64,000 bases of DNA. It comes from an uncultured delta proteobacterium (lineage in GTDB: Bacteria > Myxococcota_A > Polyangia > Polyangiales > Polyangiaceae). The notes under the pieces were generated by a model. That model saw only the letters and a list, made by a program, of their open reading frames with translations. It made no database searches and was not told where the DNA came from. Shown here one piece after another: positions 47,603 through 56,787 of the stretch. Both the position numbers and the translations under genes were made by a program. The DNA lies in assembly GCA_963696385.1 (NCBI GenBank), contig CAVOKF010000003.1:544001-608000 (forward strand), in the 5' to 3' direction. Position 1 is the stretch's first letter, and each line of letters begins with the position of its first letter.

Positions 47603-47800
47603 TCGCGCACCTCCGTGCATGGGGCGGCGCCGCAAGCGAAACCGGCCCGCGCGGCCGCGTCGGGGAATTCCGAAGCACGACCCAATCGCGCCCCCTAAGC
47701 ATAGCGGTTCGCGATCGGGCCGCTCAAGCAATTTTCGGCATCGCCGCTCCGTACCGCACCGCCTCGCATCGTGACAACCCGGCCGGCTCGGCCGCGTGGC

Positions 47801-47830
47801 TTGACACGCGTGCATCGACCCCACTAGCTT
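47801..47830 (+). promoter_or_regulatory. Sigma70-like promoter upstream of nuoE
   Basis: TTGACA-N18-TAGCTT. Confidence 0.5.
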
Positions 47831-47936
47831 TCGCGCGGGTTTTGCTGGAGTTTCGCGCATTTCCCGCGCGACTCCGGCCCCTGGCCGCGGAGCGGTATCG
47901 ACCGCAGCCGACGACTTCGCTAAGGACTGCCGCGCG

Positions 47937-48413
47937 ATGCCCTTTGCTCTCACCCCGGAACGTGAGCACAAGCTTCAGGAGATCCTGGAGCGGTACCCGA
48001 CCAAGATGGCGGCGACACTCCCTCTCCTTCACCTCTGCCAAGAACAAGAAGGGTACATCGGGGCGGACGCCATCGACTTCGTATCGAAGCGACTCGACGT
48101 TTCGACCGCCCACGTCGAAGGCGTCGTCACCTTCTACACCTTGTTCAATCAACACCCGGTCGGCAAGCACCAGGTCTGGGTCTGCCGCACGCTTCCGTGC
48201 GCGCTCCGGGGCGCCGACGACGTCCTCGCGCACTGCGAGCGGAGGCTGGGGATCCGGCGCGGCGAGACGACGCCGGACGGAAAGGTGACCCTGCGGACCG
48301 CGGAATGCCTGGCGAGCTGCGGCACCGCGCCGATGATGCAAGTCGACCGCAATTACTACGAGAACCTGACACGCGCGCGGGTCGACGAAATTCTCGCAAA
48401 GCTCGTGGAGTAA
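47937..48413 (+). CDS. nuoE: NADH-quinone oxidoreductase subunit E
   Basis: VVTFYT, CRTLPC, ECLASC..AP. Confidence 0.95.
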   Translation: MPFALTPEREHKLQEILERYPTKMAATLPLLHLCQEQEGYIGADAIDFVSKRLDVSTAHVEGVVTFYTLFNQHPVGKHQVWVCRTLPCALRGADDVLAHCERRLGIRRGETTPDGKVTLRTAECLASCGTAPMMQVDRNYYENLTRARVDEILAKLVE

Positions 48414-48416
48414 CCC

Positions 48417-49787
48417 TTGCTCAAGCGCACCGACTATCTGACCCGGACGTACGCGAAGCCGCAGGGCTGGACGCTGAACGCGTACGAGCGGGATCTGGAC
48501 GGCTATCAAGTTGCGCGCCGTGTGCTCACCACGATGACGCGCGAGCAGGTGGTCGACCAAGCGAAGAAGGCGAACCTGCGAGGGCGAGGCGGGGCAGGAT
48601 TCCCCATGGGGGTCAAATGGAGCTTCATGCCGAAGACGGTCGGCGCGAAGCCCCATTATCTCGTCGTCAATGCCGACGAGGGCGAGCCGGGCACGCACAA
48701 GGACCGCACGCTGATGGAGCTCAATCCGCATGCGTGCATCGAAGGCACCCTCATCGCCAGCTACGCCATCGGGGCGCGCGTCGCCTATGTCTACGTGCGC
48801 GACGAGCTGCACTTGTCGAAGGCTCGTCTCGAAGGGGCTCTGATCGAGGCGCGCGCGAAGGGCTACGTGGGAAATTCGCCGTTCGGCACCCCGGGCCCGA
48901 TCGAGATTTACGTGCATTCCGGCGCGGGCGCGTACATCTGCGGCGAAGAAACGTCCATGCTCAACTCGATTGAGGGCCGCCGCGGCGAACCGCGTATGAA
49001 GCCGCCCTTCCCGGCCAACGCCGGCGTCTTTGGGTGCCCGACGACGGTCAATAACCTCGAGACGGTGGCCGCGGTTCCGACGGCGTTCGGGCTGGGCTGC
49101 GAAGAGTTCAGCAAGTTGTCGGCGCTGCACGGGATCGGCGACGGGGGCGTCCGGTTGTACGGGCTGAACGGGCACGTCAAGCGCCCTCAAATCGTCGAAC
49201 TGGCGGTGGGCCCCACCCTCAATGAGCTCATCTATGAAGTCGGCGGCGGGGTGATCGGCGACCGCGGGGTGATGTGCGCCGTTCCGGGAGGCTCTTCGAC
49301 CCCGGTGCTCCGTCCCGACGAGATCGTGCAAGCGTCGGACCCGAAGTCACCCCTTTACCCGTGGCACGGCAAGAGCGTGTTCGACGTGCCGCTCGGGGTG
49401 GACACCATGCGCGGCGTCGGAACGATGCTCGGGACCTGCTGCGTTACGGTGATTGCGGAGGGTACCGATCCCGTACGGTGCATGCACAACCTGATGCAAT
49501 TCTACCGTCATGAATCGTGCGGGCAGTGTACTCCTTGCCGCGAGGGCAGCGCTTGGCTGGAGCGCGTCTGCCGCAAGCTCCTCGACGGCCGAGCATCCAT
49601 GGCGGAGCTCGATACGCTTTCCGACGTCGCAAACGGGATCATGGGCAATACGATTTGCGCGTTCGGAGAAGGAACAGCCATGCCGGCGCTCGCATTTCTC
49701 CAGAAGTTCAGACGCGAGTTCGAGAGCCATGTCCGCGGCGAGACGTCGGGCGCCGACGCGACGCTGATCGTGGAGCCCTGGACCTAA
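48417..49787 (+). CDS. nuoF: NADH-quinone oxidoreductase subunit F
   Basis: LRGRGGAGFP, NADEGEPG, GAGAYICGEET, HESCGQCTPCREG, TICAFG. Confidence 0.96.
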   Translation: MLKRTDYLTRTYAKPQGWTLNAYERDLDGYQVARRVLTTMTREQVVDQAKKANLRGRGGAGFPMGVKWSFMPKTVGAKPHYLVVNADEGEPGTHKDRTLMELNPHACIEGTLIASYAIGARVAYVYVRDELHLSKARLEGALIEARAKGYVGNSPFGTPGPIEIYVHSGAGAYICGEETSMLNSIEGRRGEPRMKPPFPANAGVFGCPTTVNNLETVAAVPTAFGLGCEEFSKLSALHGIGDGGVRLYGLNGHVKRPQIVELAVGPTLNELIYEVGGGVIGDRGVMCAVPGGSSTPVLRPDEIVQASDPKSPLYPWHGKSVFDVPLGVDTMRGVGTMLGTCCVTVIAEGTDPVRCMHNLMQFYRHESCGQCTPCREGSAWLERVCRKLLDGRASMAELDTLSDVANGIMGNTICAFGEGTAMPALAFLQKFRREFESHVRGETSGADATLIVEPWT

Positions 49788-49802
49788 AGGACGAGACCGC
49801 GC

Positions 49803-50459
49803 ATGAACGCCCTGGACACGCTCTATTTCTACTTTTTCGCCGCGTGCGCCGTGGGCGGAGCCGTAGCGGTCGTCGTGGCGACCAATCCCATTCGCGGTGC
49901 GATGGGGCTCCTCTTGCTCATTCTGAGTGTCGCGGCGCTGTTTCTGCAATTGCACGCGGAATTCCTTGCGGCCATTCAGCTGATTGTCTACGCGGGCGCC
50001 ATTGTCGTCCTCTTCCTCTTCGTCATCATGCTTCTCGGGCCGAACGCCACGGCTCCCCACGACCGGCGCGGGCTCGCCGTTCGCGCGCTGAGCGGCGGTC
50101 TGTTCGGACTCTTCGGGGTCGGCGCCGTCGCTTCGCTCGTTCGGGCGGCCGGTCCCCTGGCGCCCATGCCGCGCGCAGAGTCCTCGTACGGTGGAATCGA
50201 AGCGTTCGGGAGCATCCTCTTTTCCGACGCCCTCGTCCCATTCGAGGTGTCGAGCGCCCTGTTGATGGTCGCGGTGGTCGGCGCAATCGCCGTCGCGCGC
50301 GGGCGTCAAGGATTTCAGTCGCTGTCGAGGGCCGAACGAGTTGTCGCGCAGGGCGCGCCGCCCGTCTCGGATATCGGCGGCCAGCGCCCGGCCCACAATC
50401 ATGCGGGCGTGTTCTCCCACGAAATCCACGCGGGTGAAGCGAAGGAGCACACGGCATGA
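49803..50459 (+). CDS. nuoJ: NADH-quinone oxidoreductase subunit J
   Basis: AEFLA..Q..VYAGAI.VLFLFVIML, PFE. Confidence 0.94.
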   Translation: MNALDTLYFYFFAACAVGGAVAVVVATNPIRGAMGLLLLILSVAALFLQLHAEFLAAIQLIVYAGAIVVLFLFVIMLLGPNATAPHDRRGLAVRALSGGLFGLFGVGAVASLVRAAGPLAPMPRAESSYGGIEAFGSILFSDALVPFEVSSALLMVAVVGAIAVARGRQGFQSLSRAERVVAQGAPPVSDIGGQRPAHNHAGVFSHEIHAGEAKEHTA

Positions 50460-50791
50460 TCGCAGCCGAACACTACGTTCTGGTCAGTGCGGCGCTCTTT
50501 CTCCTGGGTGGCGTCGGCTTCCTGGTCCGACGCAACGTTCTCGTGAGCTTGATGAGCATCGAAGTCATGCTCAACGCGGCGAACCTCGCGCTCGTCGCCT
50601 TCAACCGTTCCCACCTCGCCCACGACGCAACGCAGACGTATCCGGGGCAAAGCCACACGGGCCAAATTTTCGTGTTTTTCATCATTGCCGCCGAGGCGGC
50701 TGAGGTGGCCGTAGGACTCGCCATCGTGCTTGCCCTTTATCGCCTTCGGCGGACTGTTTGCTCCGACGAGGCCGATCTTTTGAAAAACTGA
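50456..50791 (+). CDS. nuoK: NADH-quinone oxidoreductase subunit K
   Basis: RRN..MSIEVMLNAANL, AAEVAVGLA. Confidence 0.95.
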   Translation: MIAAEHYVLVSAALFLLGGVGFLVRRNVLVSLMSIEVMLNAANLALVAFNRSHLAHDATQTYPGQSHTGQIFVFFIIAAEAAEVAVGLAIVLALYRLRRTVCSDEADLLKN

Positions 50792-50816
50792 CCGACGCCG
50801 CAGGGGCCCATCGCCA

Positions 50817-53372
50817 ATGCTCACGCTATTCCCGCAAAACGACTACGCGCTCATCGCCGTCATCCTCGGGATGCCGCTTTGTGGCGCATTCGTGAACGGC
50901 GTCTGGGGCAAGCGCCTCGGCAAGCCGGCCGTGCGCCTGATGACGCTGGCGGCCGTGGGCATCAGCTTCGTCGCCGCAGTGGCCGCGTTCATCGAACTCG
51001 CACAGCTCGTAGGCCAGCAAAAGGACGCGCAGGTCAAACTGTCATGGAGCGCGTGGGAGTGGATGCACACGAGCGGTCGGGACGGTGCGGACATTCCCAT
51101 CGCCGTCAAGTTCAGCATCGATCAGCTGAGCGGCGTGATGATGCTCGTCGTTACCGGCGTGGGTTTCCTCATTCACCTCTACGCGACGTCCTACATGGCC
51201 GAAGACCAGGGATACGCACGTTTCTTCGCGTATCTCAATTTGTTCATCTTCGCGATGCTCACGCTGATTCTCGCGGACAACCTTCCGCTGCTCTTCGTCG
51301 GCTGGGAAGGCGTCGGCCTGTGCTCCTACTTGCTCATCGGCTTCTGGTACGAGAGCAATACGAACGCAGCAGCCGGCAAGAAGGCGTTCATCGCCAACCG
51401 AATCGGTGACTTCGGCTTGTTGTGCGCCATGTTTCTTTTGGCGCACTACACCGGCGCGCTCGACTGGAACGGCATCGCCAATGGCGCGAGCAACCTGCTG
51501 CATCCCGGCGAGGCCTGGCGCGTTCACGTGTGGCCGCTCGGAGGCGGCGAATACCCCGCGGGGCCCTTGCATTTCTTGCAGCCGGCCCGACCCTTCACGA
51601 TCAGCGCCGCAACGGCCGTGGCCCTTGCGCTGCTCCTTGGGTGTACGGGAAAGAGCGCGCAGATTCCCCTGTACGTCTGGTTGCCGGACGCCATGGCTGG
51701 CCCCACGCCGGTTTCGGCGCTCATCCACGCAGCCACCATGGTCACCGCCGGCATCTATCTCGTCTGCCGGCTGTCGTTCGTCTTCGTCCTTTCGCCCTTC
51801 ACGATGATGGTCATCGCCATCATTGGAGCCGCCACCGCCCTCTTCGCAGCGACCATCGCGCTCGTGCAGACGGATATCAAGAAGGTTCTCGCGTACTCGA
51901 CGGTGAGCCAGCTCGGATACATGTTCCTCGGCGTCGGGGTTGGCGCGTTCTCCGCCGGTTTTTTCCACGTCTTCACGCACGCCTTCTTCAAAGCCTGCCT
52001 GTTCTTGTGCGCCGGGTCCGTCATCCACGCGATGCACGGTCGCATCCACGACGATGACAAGGCGCAGGACATTCGCAACATGGGAGGCTTGCGCAAGTGG
52101 ATGCCGCTGACGCACTGGACGTTCGCCGCGGCGACCGCCGCGATCATCGGTCTGCCACTGACCAGCGGATTTTTCTCAAAAGACGAGATCCTGTACGACG
52201 CCTTCGTCAACCACACGGTCAACCCGCTCGCGAACTCGCCGATGTTGCGCAAACTGAGGGTGTACGAGCCGCCCGCGTGGCTAGGGGGAGCGCTTTACTG
52301 GGTCGGCGTTCTGGCCGCGACGCTGACGGCCTTCTATATGTGCCGTCTCTATTTCTTGACGTTCTGGGGCGACTTTCGAGGCTGGACGGTGGGTCGACCG
52401 TCGCTGCTCGCCCGGCAAGAAGTGGAAGTCGGGCCCGAACGGCAGCACGGTCCGGATTCGGCCCCAGGGCAGCACCTGCCCCAACACGAGGATCTCTCGA
52501 AGCCCGGTCACCCGCCTCACGAGTCACCGTGGCCGATGACCGTCCCTCTCATCATCCTGGCCGCGTTCTCGCTTTTCGCCGGCATTTTGAATCCCGGGTT
52601 TGGCATCGTCGCGCAAAAGCCGCTCGACCATTGGCTCGAACCGGTATTCAAGGGGGCGATGGAAGGGGCGGTTCTGTTCCGCCATGGAAACGACCCGGCT
52701 TGGGCGCAACACTTGGAGTGGCCACTCGCGATCGGTGGCCTCTCGGCTTTTGCCGTCGGAACGGCGATCGCCTGGTGGGTCTACGTGATGGAGAAAGGCG
52801 AGCCCGCACGGCGTCTCGCCGCCGCCCAGCCGCGGCTCTACCAGCTGGTTCTCGACAAGTGGCGAATCGACGAACTCTACGATGCGACCATCATCGCCGG
52901 AGTCGACGCGCTGGCAGAGACCAGTGCCGCGGTCGATCAATCCATCGTGGACGGCATCCTCGCGCGGCTCACGTCATGGATCGTCGCCGCGGCGGGCACC
53001 GTTCTCCGGGCGTTCCAAACCGGCGTCGTTCACATGTACGCGGCGATGATGGTCTTCGGTCTCGCATTCGTCGGCTGGTTTCTGACGGTGCCTCACCCCG
53101 AGGCCACGGTCGCAGACGGGGGCGGCGATGACTACGTGGTCACCGCCGCGCCGGGCGTCGGCTACGGGTACCGCTGGCACACCGAAACCGACACCGCCAA
53201 AGACACGCCGTTTGGCGCAGACCCGGCCGATCGCACGCTCAAGCTTCGCGTCGAGCCGGGCAAGACCACAACCGTAAGTCTCGCGGTCCGAAACGCGTTC
53301 GGGTTCGTTGGCACGAAGACCCTCAAGATCGCTCGACCTGCCGCACGGCCCCTCGTCTCTTCTGCACTCTAA
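50817..53372 (+). CDS. nuoL: NADH-quinone oxidoreductase subunit L (extended, 851 aa)
   Basis: GWEGVG, NRIGD, GKSAQIPL..WLPDAMAGPTPVSALIHAATMV, HAFFKA, FFSKD. Confidence 0.96.
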   Translation: MLTLFPQNDYALIAVILGMPLCGAFVNGVWGKRLGKPAVRLMTLAAVGISFVAAVAAFIELAQLVGQQKDAQVKLSWSAWEWMHTSGRDGADIPIAVKFSIDQLSGVMMLVVTGVGFLIHLYATSYMAEDQGYARFFAYLNLFIFAMLTLILADNLPLLFVGWEGVGLCSYLLIGFWYESNTNAAAGKKAFIANRIGDFGLLCAMFLLAHYTGALDWNGIANGASNLLHPGEAWRVHVWPLGGGEYPAGPLHFLQPARPFTISAATAVALALLLGCTGKSAQIPLYVWLPDAMAGPTPVSALIHAATMVTAGIYLVCRLSFVFVLSPFTMMVIAIIGAATALFAATIALVQTDIKKVLAYSTVSQLGYMFLGVGVGAFSAGFFHVFTHAFFKACLFLCAGSVIHAMHGRIHDDDKAQDIRNMGGLRKWMPLTHWTFAAATAAIIGLPLTSGFFSKDEILYDAFVNHTVNPLANSPMLRKLRVYEPPAWLGGALYWVGVLAATLTAFYMCRLYFLTFWGDFRGWTVGRPSLLARQEVEVGPERQHGPDSAPGQHLPQHEDLSKPGHPPHESPWPMTVPLIILAAFSLFAGILNPGFGIVAQKPLDHWLEPVFKGAMEGAVLFRHGNDPAWAQHLEWPLAIGGLSAFAVGTAIAWWVYVMEKGEPARRLAAAQPRLYQLVLDKWRIDELYDATIIAGVDALAETSAAVDQSIVDGILARLTSWIVAAAGTVLRAFQTGVVHMYAAMMVFGLAFVGWFLTVPHPEATVADGGGDDYVVTAAPGVGYGYRWHTETDTAKDTPFGADPADRTLKLRVEPGKTTTVSLAVRNAFGFVGTKTLKIARPAARPLVSSAL

Positions 53373-53387
53373 GGGAACGACCCACCC

Positions 53388-55289
53388 ATGGCCAACGCGG
53401 AAGCAACACCTCCCAAGCAGGAAGAGCCGTCGCCCCTGCAACCGGTGCATGTCGCCGGGATGCTGTTCGTCGCCCTCGTCGCCGTGGTCGCCGCGCGCTT
53501 CTTCGACGGCGCGATCCCCGTCATCGGCGCCGCGCTTGTGGGTGCGCTGGTTCCGAAGCAGCAGACCCGGAGCGTTCGCGGAGCGATCGGGATCATGGCT
53601 GCACTCGTCGCTCTGTTCATCGCGCGCATGTGGCCAACCGGTGCCTCGATCGTCGACGCGGCGCAAGCACCTTCACGAGAAGGCGCTCACGTTCTCAGTT
53701 GGCTCCTCGGAGTGCCTATCGGTGGAGCGATCGCGGTGCTGTTTCTGCCCCGGCAGTCGCACGACTTGCTCCGCATGACGACCCTGCTCGTCATGCTCGT
53801 CTCGCTCGCGGTCGCCCTCCCGCTCCTGGGCATCCCGATGGGCCGCGCCTACCACTTCAACGAGTATGCGGCGTGGATGCCACGATTCGGCATTCATTAT
53901 CACGTCGCGATCGACGGGATTTCGCTCTGGCTTGTGATGCTCACGGTGTTCATCACTCCGATCGCCGCCTTCGCCTCGTTCGGCTCGATCCACGTCCGCA
54001 TAAAGGACTGGTGCTTCGCGCTGCTGTTGCTCGAAGGAGCGATGCTCGGCGCTTTCGTATCCGTCGACCTGTTCCTGTTCTACGTCTTCTGGGAGCTCAT
54101 GCTGATCCCGATGTACGTGATGATTGGGGTTTGGGGCGGGACCCATCGCATCCGAAGCGCTATGAAGTTTTTTATCTATACGATGTTCGGATCGGTCTTG
54201 ATGCTGGGTGCCATCTTGTACGTGGCCTACGCGTACGCCGAAGTCAACGGCGGCCAACCGAGCTTTGACTACTTCGATTTGAAGCGCCTCGTCCTGCCAC
54301 GCCACTTGCAAATCTGGCTTTGGGCGGCATTCACACTGGCGTTCGTGATCAAGGTGCCCATGTTCCCGGTGCATACATGGCTCCCCGATGCGCACACCGA
54401 AGCGCCCACCGCAGGATCCATCATCTTGGCGGCCGTGATGCTGAAAATGGGAACGTACGGCTACTTGCGATTCGCGATCGGGCTGTTCCCGGAGGCTAGC
54501 AGGGAGCTTGCCGCCAACCTCGCGGGAGTGGCGGTTTTGGGTGGCATCCTTTACGGGGCGCTCTGCGCGTGGAAACAACAGGACGTCAAGCGACTCATCG
54601 CCTATTCGTCGGTCGCTCATCTCGGATACGTCATGTTGGGCCTCTTCGCGCTCACGCAAGCATCCGTCGAGGGGAGCGTTCTTCAAATGGTGAACCACGG
54701 CATCTCGACCGGAATGCTCTTTCTCCTGTTCGGCGTCATTTATGATCGGCGCCATACGCGCAACATCGATCAATTCGGCGGCCTCACCAAGCCGATGCCG
54801 GTCTATGCCACGCTATTCCTGGTGGCGACTCTCGCGAGCATCGGATTGCCTGGTACCAACGGCTTCATCGGTGAATTCATGGTGATCACTGGCGCGTTCG
54901 CGTCCAAAGCACTTGGGCATTTCGCCGGAATCCAAGCGGCCGGGGCCGCCATCGGCGTGATTCTCGGTGCCGTCTACATGCTGATGGTCGTCCAGAAGAT
55001 GTTTTTCGGTCCAATCACCAAAGAGGAGAACCGACACCTTCGCGACATGTCACCGCGCGAGCTCGTAGCCGTTGCTCCGCTGGCGATGATGATTTTCGTC
55101 GTGGGGCTATTTCCGAATATTTTTCTCGCCCAGATCAAGGGCGCAGCCGCCCGCGTGCAAGACGAGGTCGAGGCCCGATTGGACGCGAATCCCGCCCCAC
55201 GATTCTACGAGGGACCTCTCAAACTCGCGCCTCCCCGCCCGGAGGACCCCCCCGTCGGGTCTCGTTCTCCAGGCGGCGGCACGCACTGA
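53388..55289 (+). CDS. nuoM: NADH-quinone oxidoreductase subunit M (N-terminally extended, 633 aa)
   Basis: DGISL, FWE..LIP, IKVP.FPVHTWLPDAH, LKMG.YG, FIGEF. Confidence 0.96.
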   Translation: MANAEATPPKQEEPSPLQPVHVAGMLFVALVAVVAARFFDGAIPVIGAALVGALVPKQQTRSVRGAIGIMAALVALFIARMWPTGASIVDAAQAPSREGAHVLSWLLGVPIGGAIAVLFLPRQSHDLLRMTTLLVMLVSLAVALPLLGIPMGRAYHFNEYAAWMPRFGIHYHVAIDGISLWLVMLTVFITPIAAFASFGSIHVRIKDWCFALLLLEGAMLGAFVSVDLFLFYVFWELMLIPMYVMIGVWGGTHRIRSAMKFFIYTMFGSVLMLGAILYVAYAYAEVNGGQPSFDYFDLKRLVLPRHLQIWLWAAFTLAFVIKVPMFPVHTWLPDAHTEAPTAGSIILAAVMLKMGTYGYLRFAIGLFPEASRELAANLAGVAVLGGILYGALCAWKQQDVKRLIAYSSVAHLGYVMLGLFALTQASVEGSVLQMVNHGISTGMLFLLFGVIYDRRHTRNIDQFGGLTKPMPVYATLFLVATLASIGLPGTNGFIGEFMVITGAFASKALGHFAGIQAAGAAIGVILGAVYMLMVVQKMFFGPITKEENRHLRDMSPRELVAVAPLAMMIFVVGLFPNIFLAQIKGAAARVQDEVEARLDANPAPRFYEGPLKLAPPRPEDPPVGSRSPGGGTH

Positions 55290-55298
55290 GGACGCGCC

Positions 55299-56780
55299 AT
55301 GATGATCGCTCTCGCACTCTCTCCGCTGCTCGTCGTCGGTATTGGCGCGCTTGCCTTGATGATGGTCGAGGCATTCTCCACCCACCTCTCGGGCTTTGCC
55401 CTGGGCGCCGCGGTCATTCTGTTTGCAGGCGGCGCTTCGGCGGGGGGCGTGTGGCTGTTCGGCGTCGAGCACCTCAGCGGCATCGAATCGCTCGCGCCAT
55501 GGCTGATCATCGATGATTTCACCCTCTTCTTCGACATCTTGCTCTGCCTAGGGGCCGGCATTGCCGCTCTGCTCGCAGGCGGATACTTGCGCGAGCATCG
55601 CATCGATCGCGGCGAATTTTACGCGCTGCTGCTCTTCGCGACTGTCGGCGCCATGACGCTCGTGTCGTCCGGCGACGCGCTCACGCTCTTTCTCGGTCTC
55701 GAAACCATGAGCATCGGTGCGTACGCAATGACTGCGTTCCGCCGCTCCAGCCCTCGCGCGGCCGAAGGCGCGCTCAAGTACTTCCTGCTGGGATCGTTCG
55801 CCGCAGCCCTTCTCCTCTACGGCTTCGCGCTCATCTACGGGGCCACCGGGCATACCGACTTGATCGGCATCGGCGCCGCCGCCCACACGGCCGCCGGACG
55901 CAGCCCGATGCTCGTCATGGGAGTCGCGTTGGTCCTCGTCGGAATACTATTTGAGGTGAGCGCGGTCCCGTTTCACGCTTGGGCCCCCGATGCTTACGAG
56001 GGAGCGCCGACACCTACTACGGCATTCATGGCCGTCGCGGTGAAGGCAGCCGCTTTCGCGATGCTTCTCCGCGTTCTTTTGCTGGCGGTCAACGACGAAG
56101 CGTGGAGGTCGTGGGGCAGCGGGTGGCCTCCCGTGGTCGCCGGACTGGCGGTGGCCACGATGACCGTCGCGAACCTCGTCGCCGGCCGGCAGGAGTCGGT
56201 CAAGCGCATGCTCGCGTACTCGAGCATCGCGCACGCGGGCTACGCGCTGGTCGGCGTAACCGCGATCGTACGAGCGCCTGCCGAGGCGACCGCAAGCGTA
56301 CTGTACTATTTGCTGGCTTACGCGGTGTCGACCGCTGGGGCCTTCGGGACACTCGTGATCTGCGGCAGCTACGGCCGTGAGGCCGTCACGTTCGAAGACC
56401 TTTCGGGTATCGGAAAGCGCAACCCGGCCGTCGCACTCGCCTTTTCGCTGTTTCTCGTATCGCTCGCCGGAATTCCGCCTACCGCTGGGTTCTTCGGCAA
56501 GTGGTTCGTTTTCAGGGCCGCGATCGACGGTGGGCTTTATTGGTTGGCCGTCATCGCTCTTATCAACAGCGTGATCGCCGCGTACTACTACCTGCGAGTC
56601 CTCGTTTACATGTACATGAGAGAGCCGGCCGCCGGAGCAGCGGTGGCCCGTCCGATGCGGTCGGGTTACGTGACGGCCGCCCTGCTGGTGAGTGCCGCGC
56701 TGGTGCTGGCACTCGGACTCACGCCAACGCATTACCTCGACGCCGCCGTCGACGCGGCCAGCTTCGGACCCAAAGGATGA
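55299..56780 (+). CDS. nuoN: NADH-quinone oxidoreductase subunit N
   Basis: GLE..S, EGALKYF, PFH.W.PD.YEGAP, KRMLAYSSI.H.GY, GIPPTAGFFGK, YYYLR. Confidence 0.96.
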   Translation: MMIALALSPLLVVGIGALALMMVEAFSTHLSGFALGAAVILFAGGASAGGVWLFGVEHLSGIESLAPWLIIDDFTLFFDILLCLGAGIAALLAGGYLREHRIDRGEFYALLLFATVGAMTLVSSGDALTLFLGLETMSIGAYAMTAFRRSSPRAAEGALKYFLLGSFAAALLLYGFALIYGATGHTDLIGIGAAAHTAAGRSPMLVMGVALVLVGILFEVSAVPFHAWAPDAYEGAPTPTTAFMAVAVKAAAFAMLLRVLLLAVNDEAWRSWGSGWPPVVAGLAVATMTVANLVAGRQESVKRMLAYSSIAHAGYALVGVTAIVRAPAEATASVLYYLLAYAVSTAGAFGTLVICGSYGREAVTFEDLSGIGKRNPAVALAFSLFLVSLAGIPPTAGFFGKWFVFRAAIDGGLYWLAVIALINSVIAAYYYLRVLVYMYMREPAAGAAVARPMRSGYVTAALLVSAALVLALGLTPTHYLDAAVDAASFGPKG

Positions 56781-56787
56781 CAGGGCG

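Noticed and set aside
47724..49331. 535-aa minus-strand ORF, and similar long antisense ORFs such as 23089..24186, 51042..52115, 53673..54773 and 61853..63190
   Set aside because: They mirror well-supported genes, have no motifs, and are expected from GC-rich codon bias.
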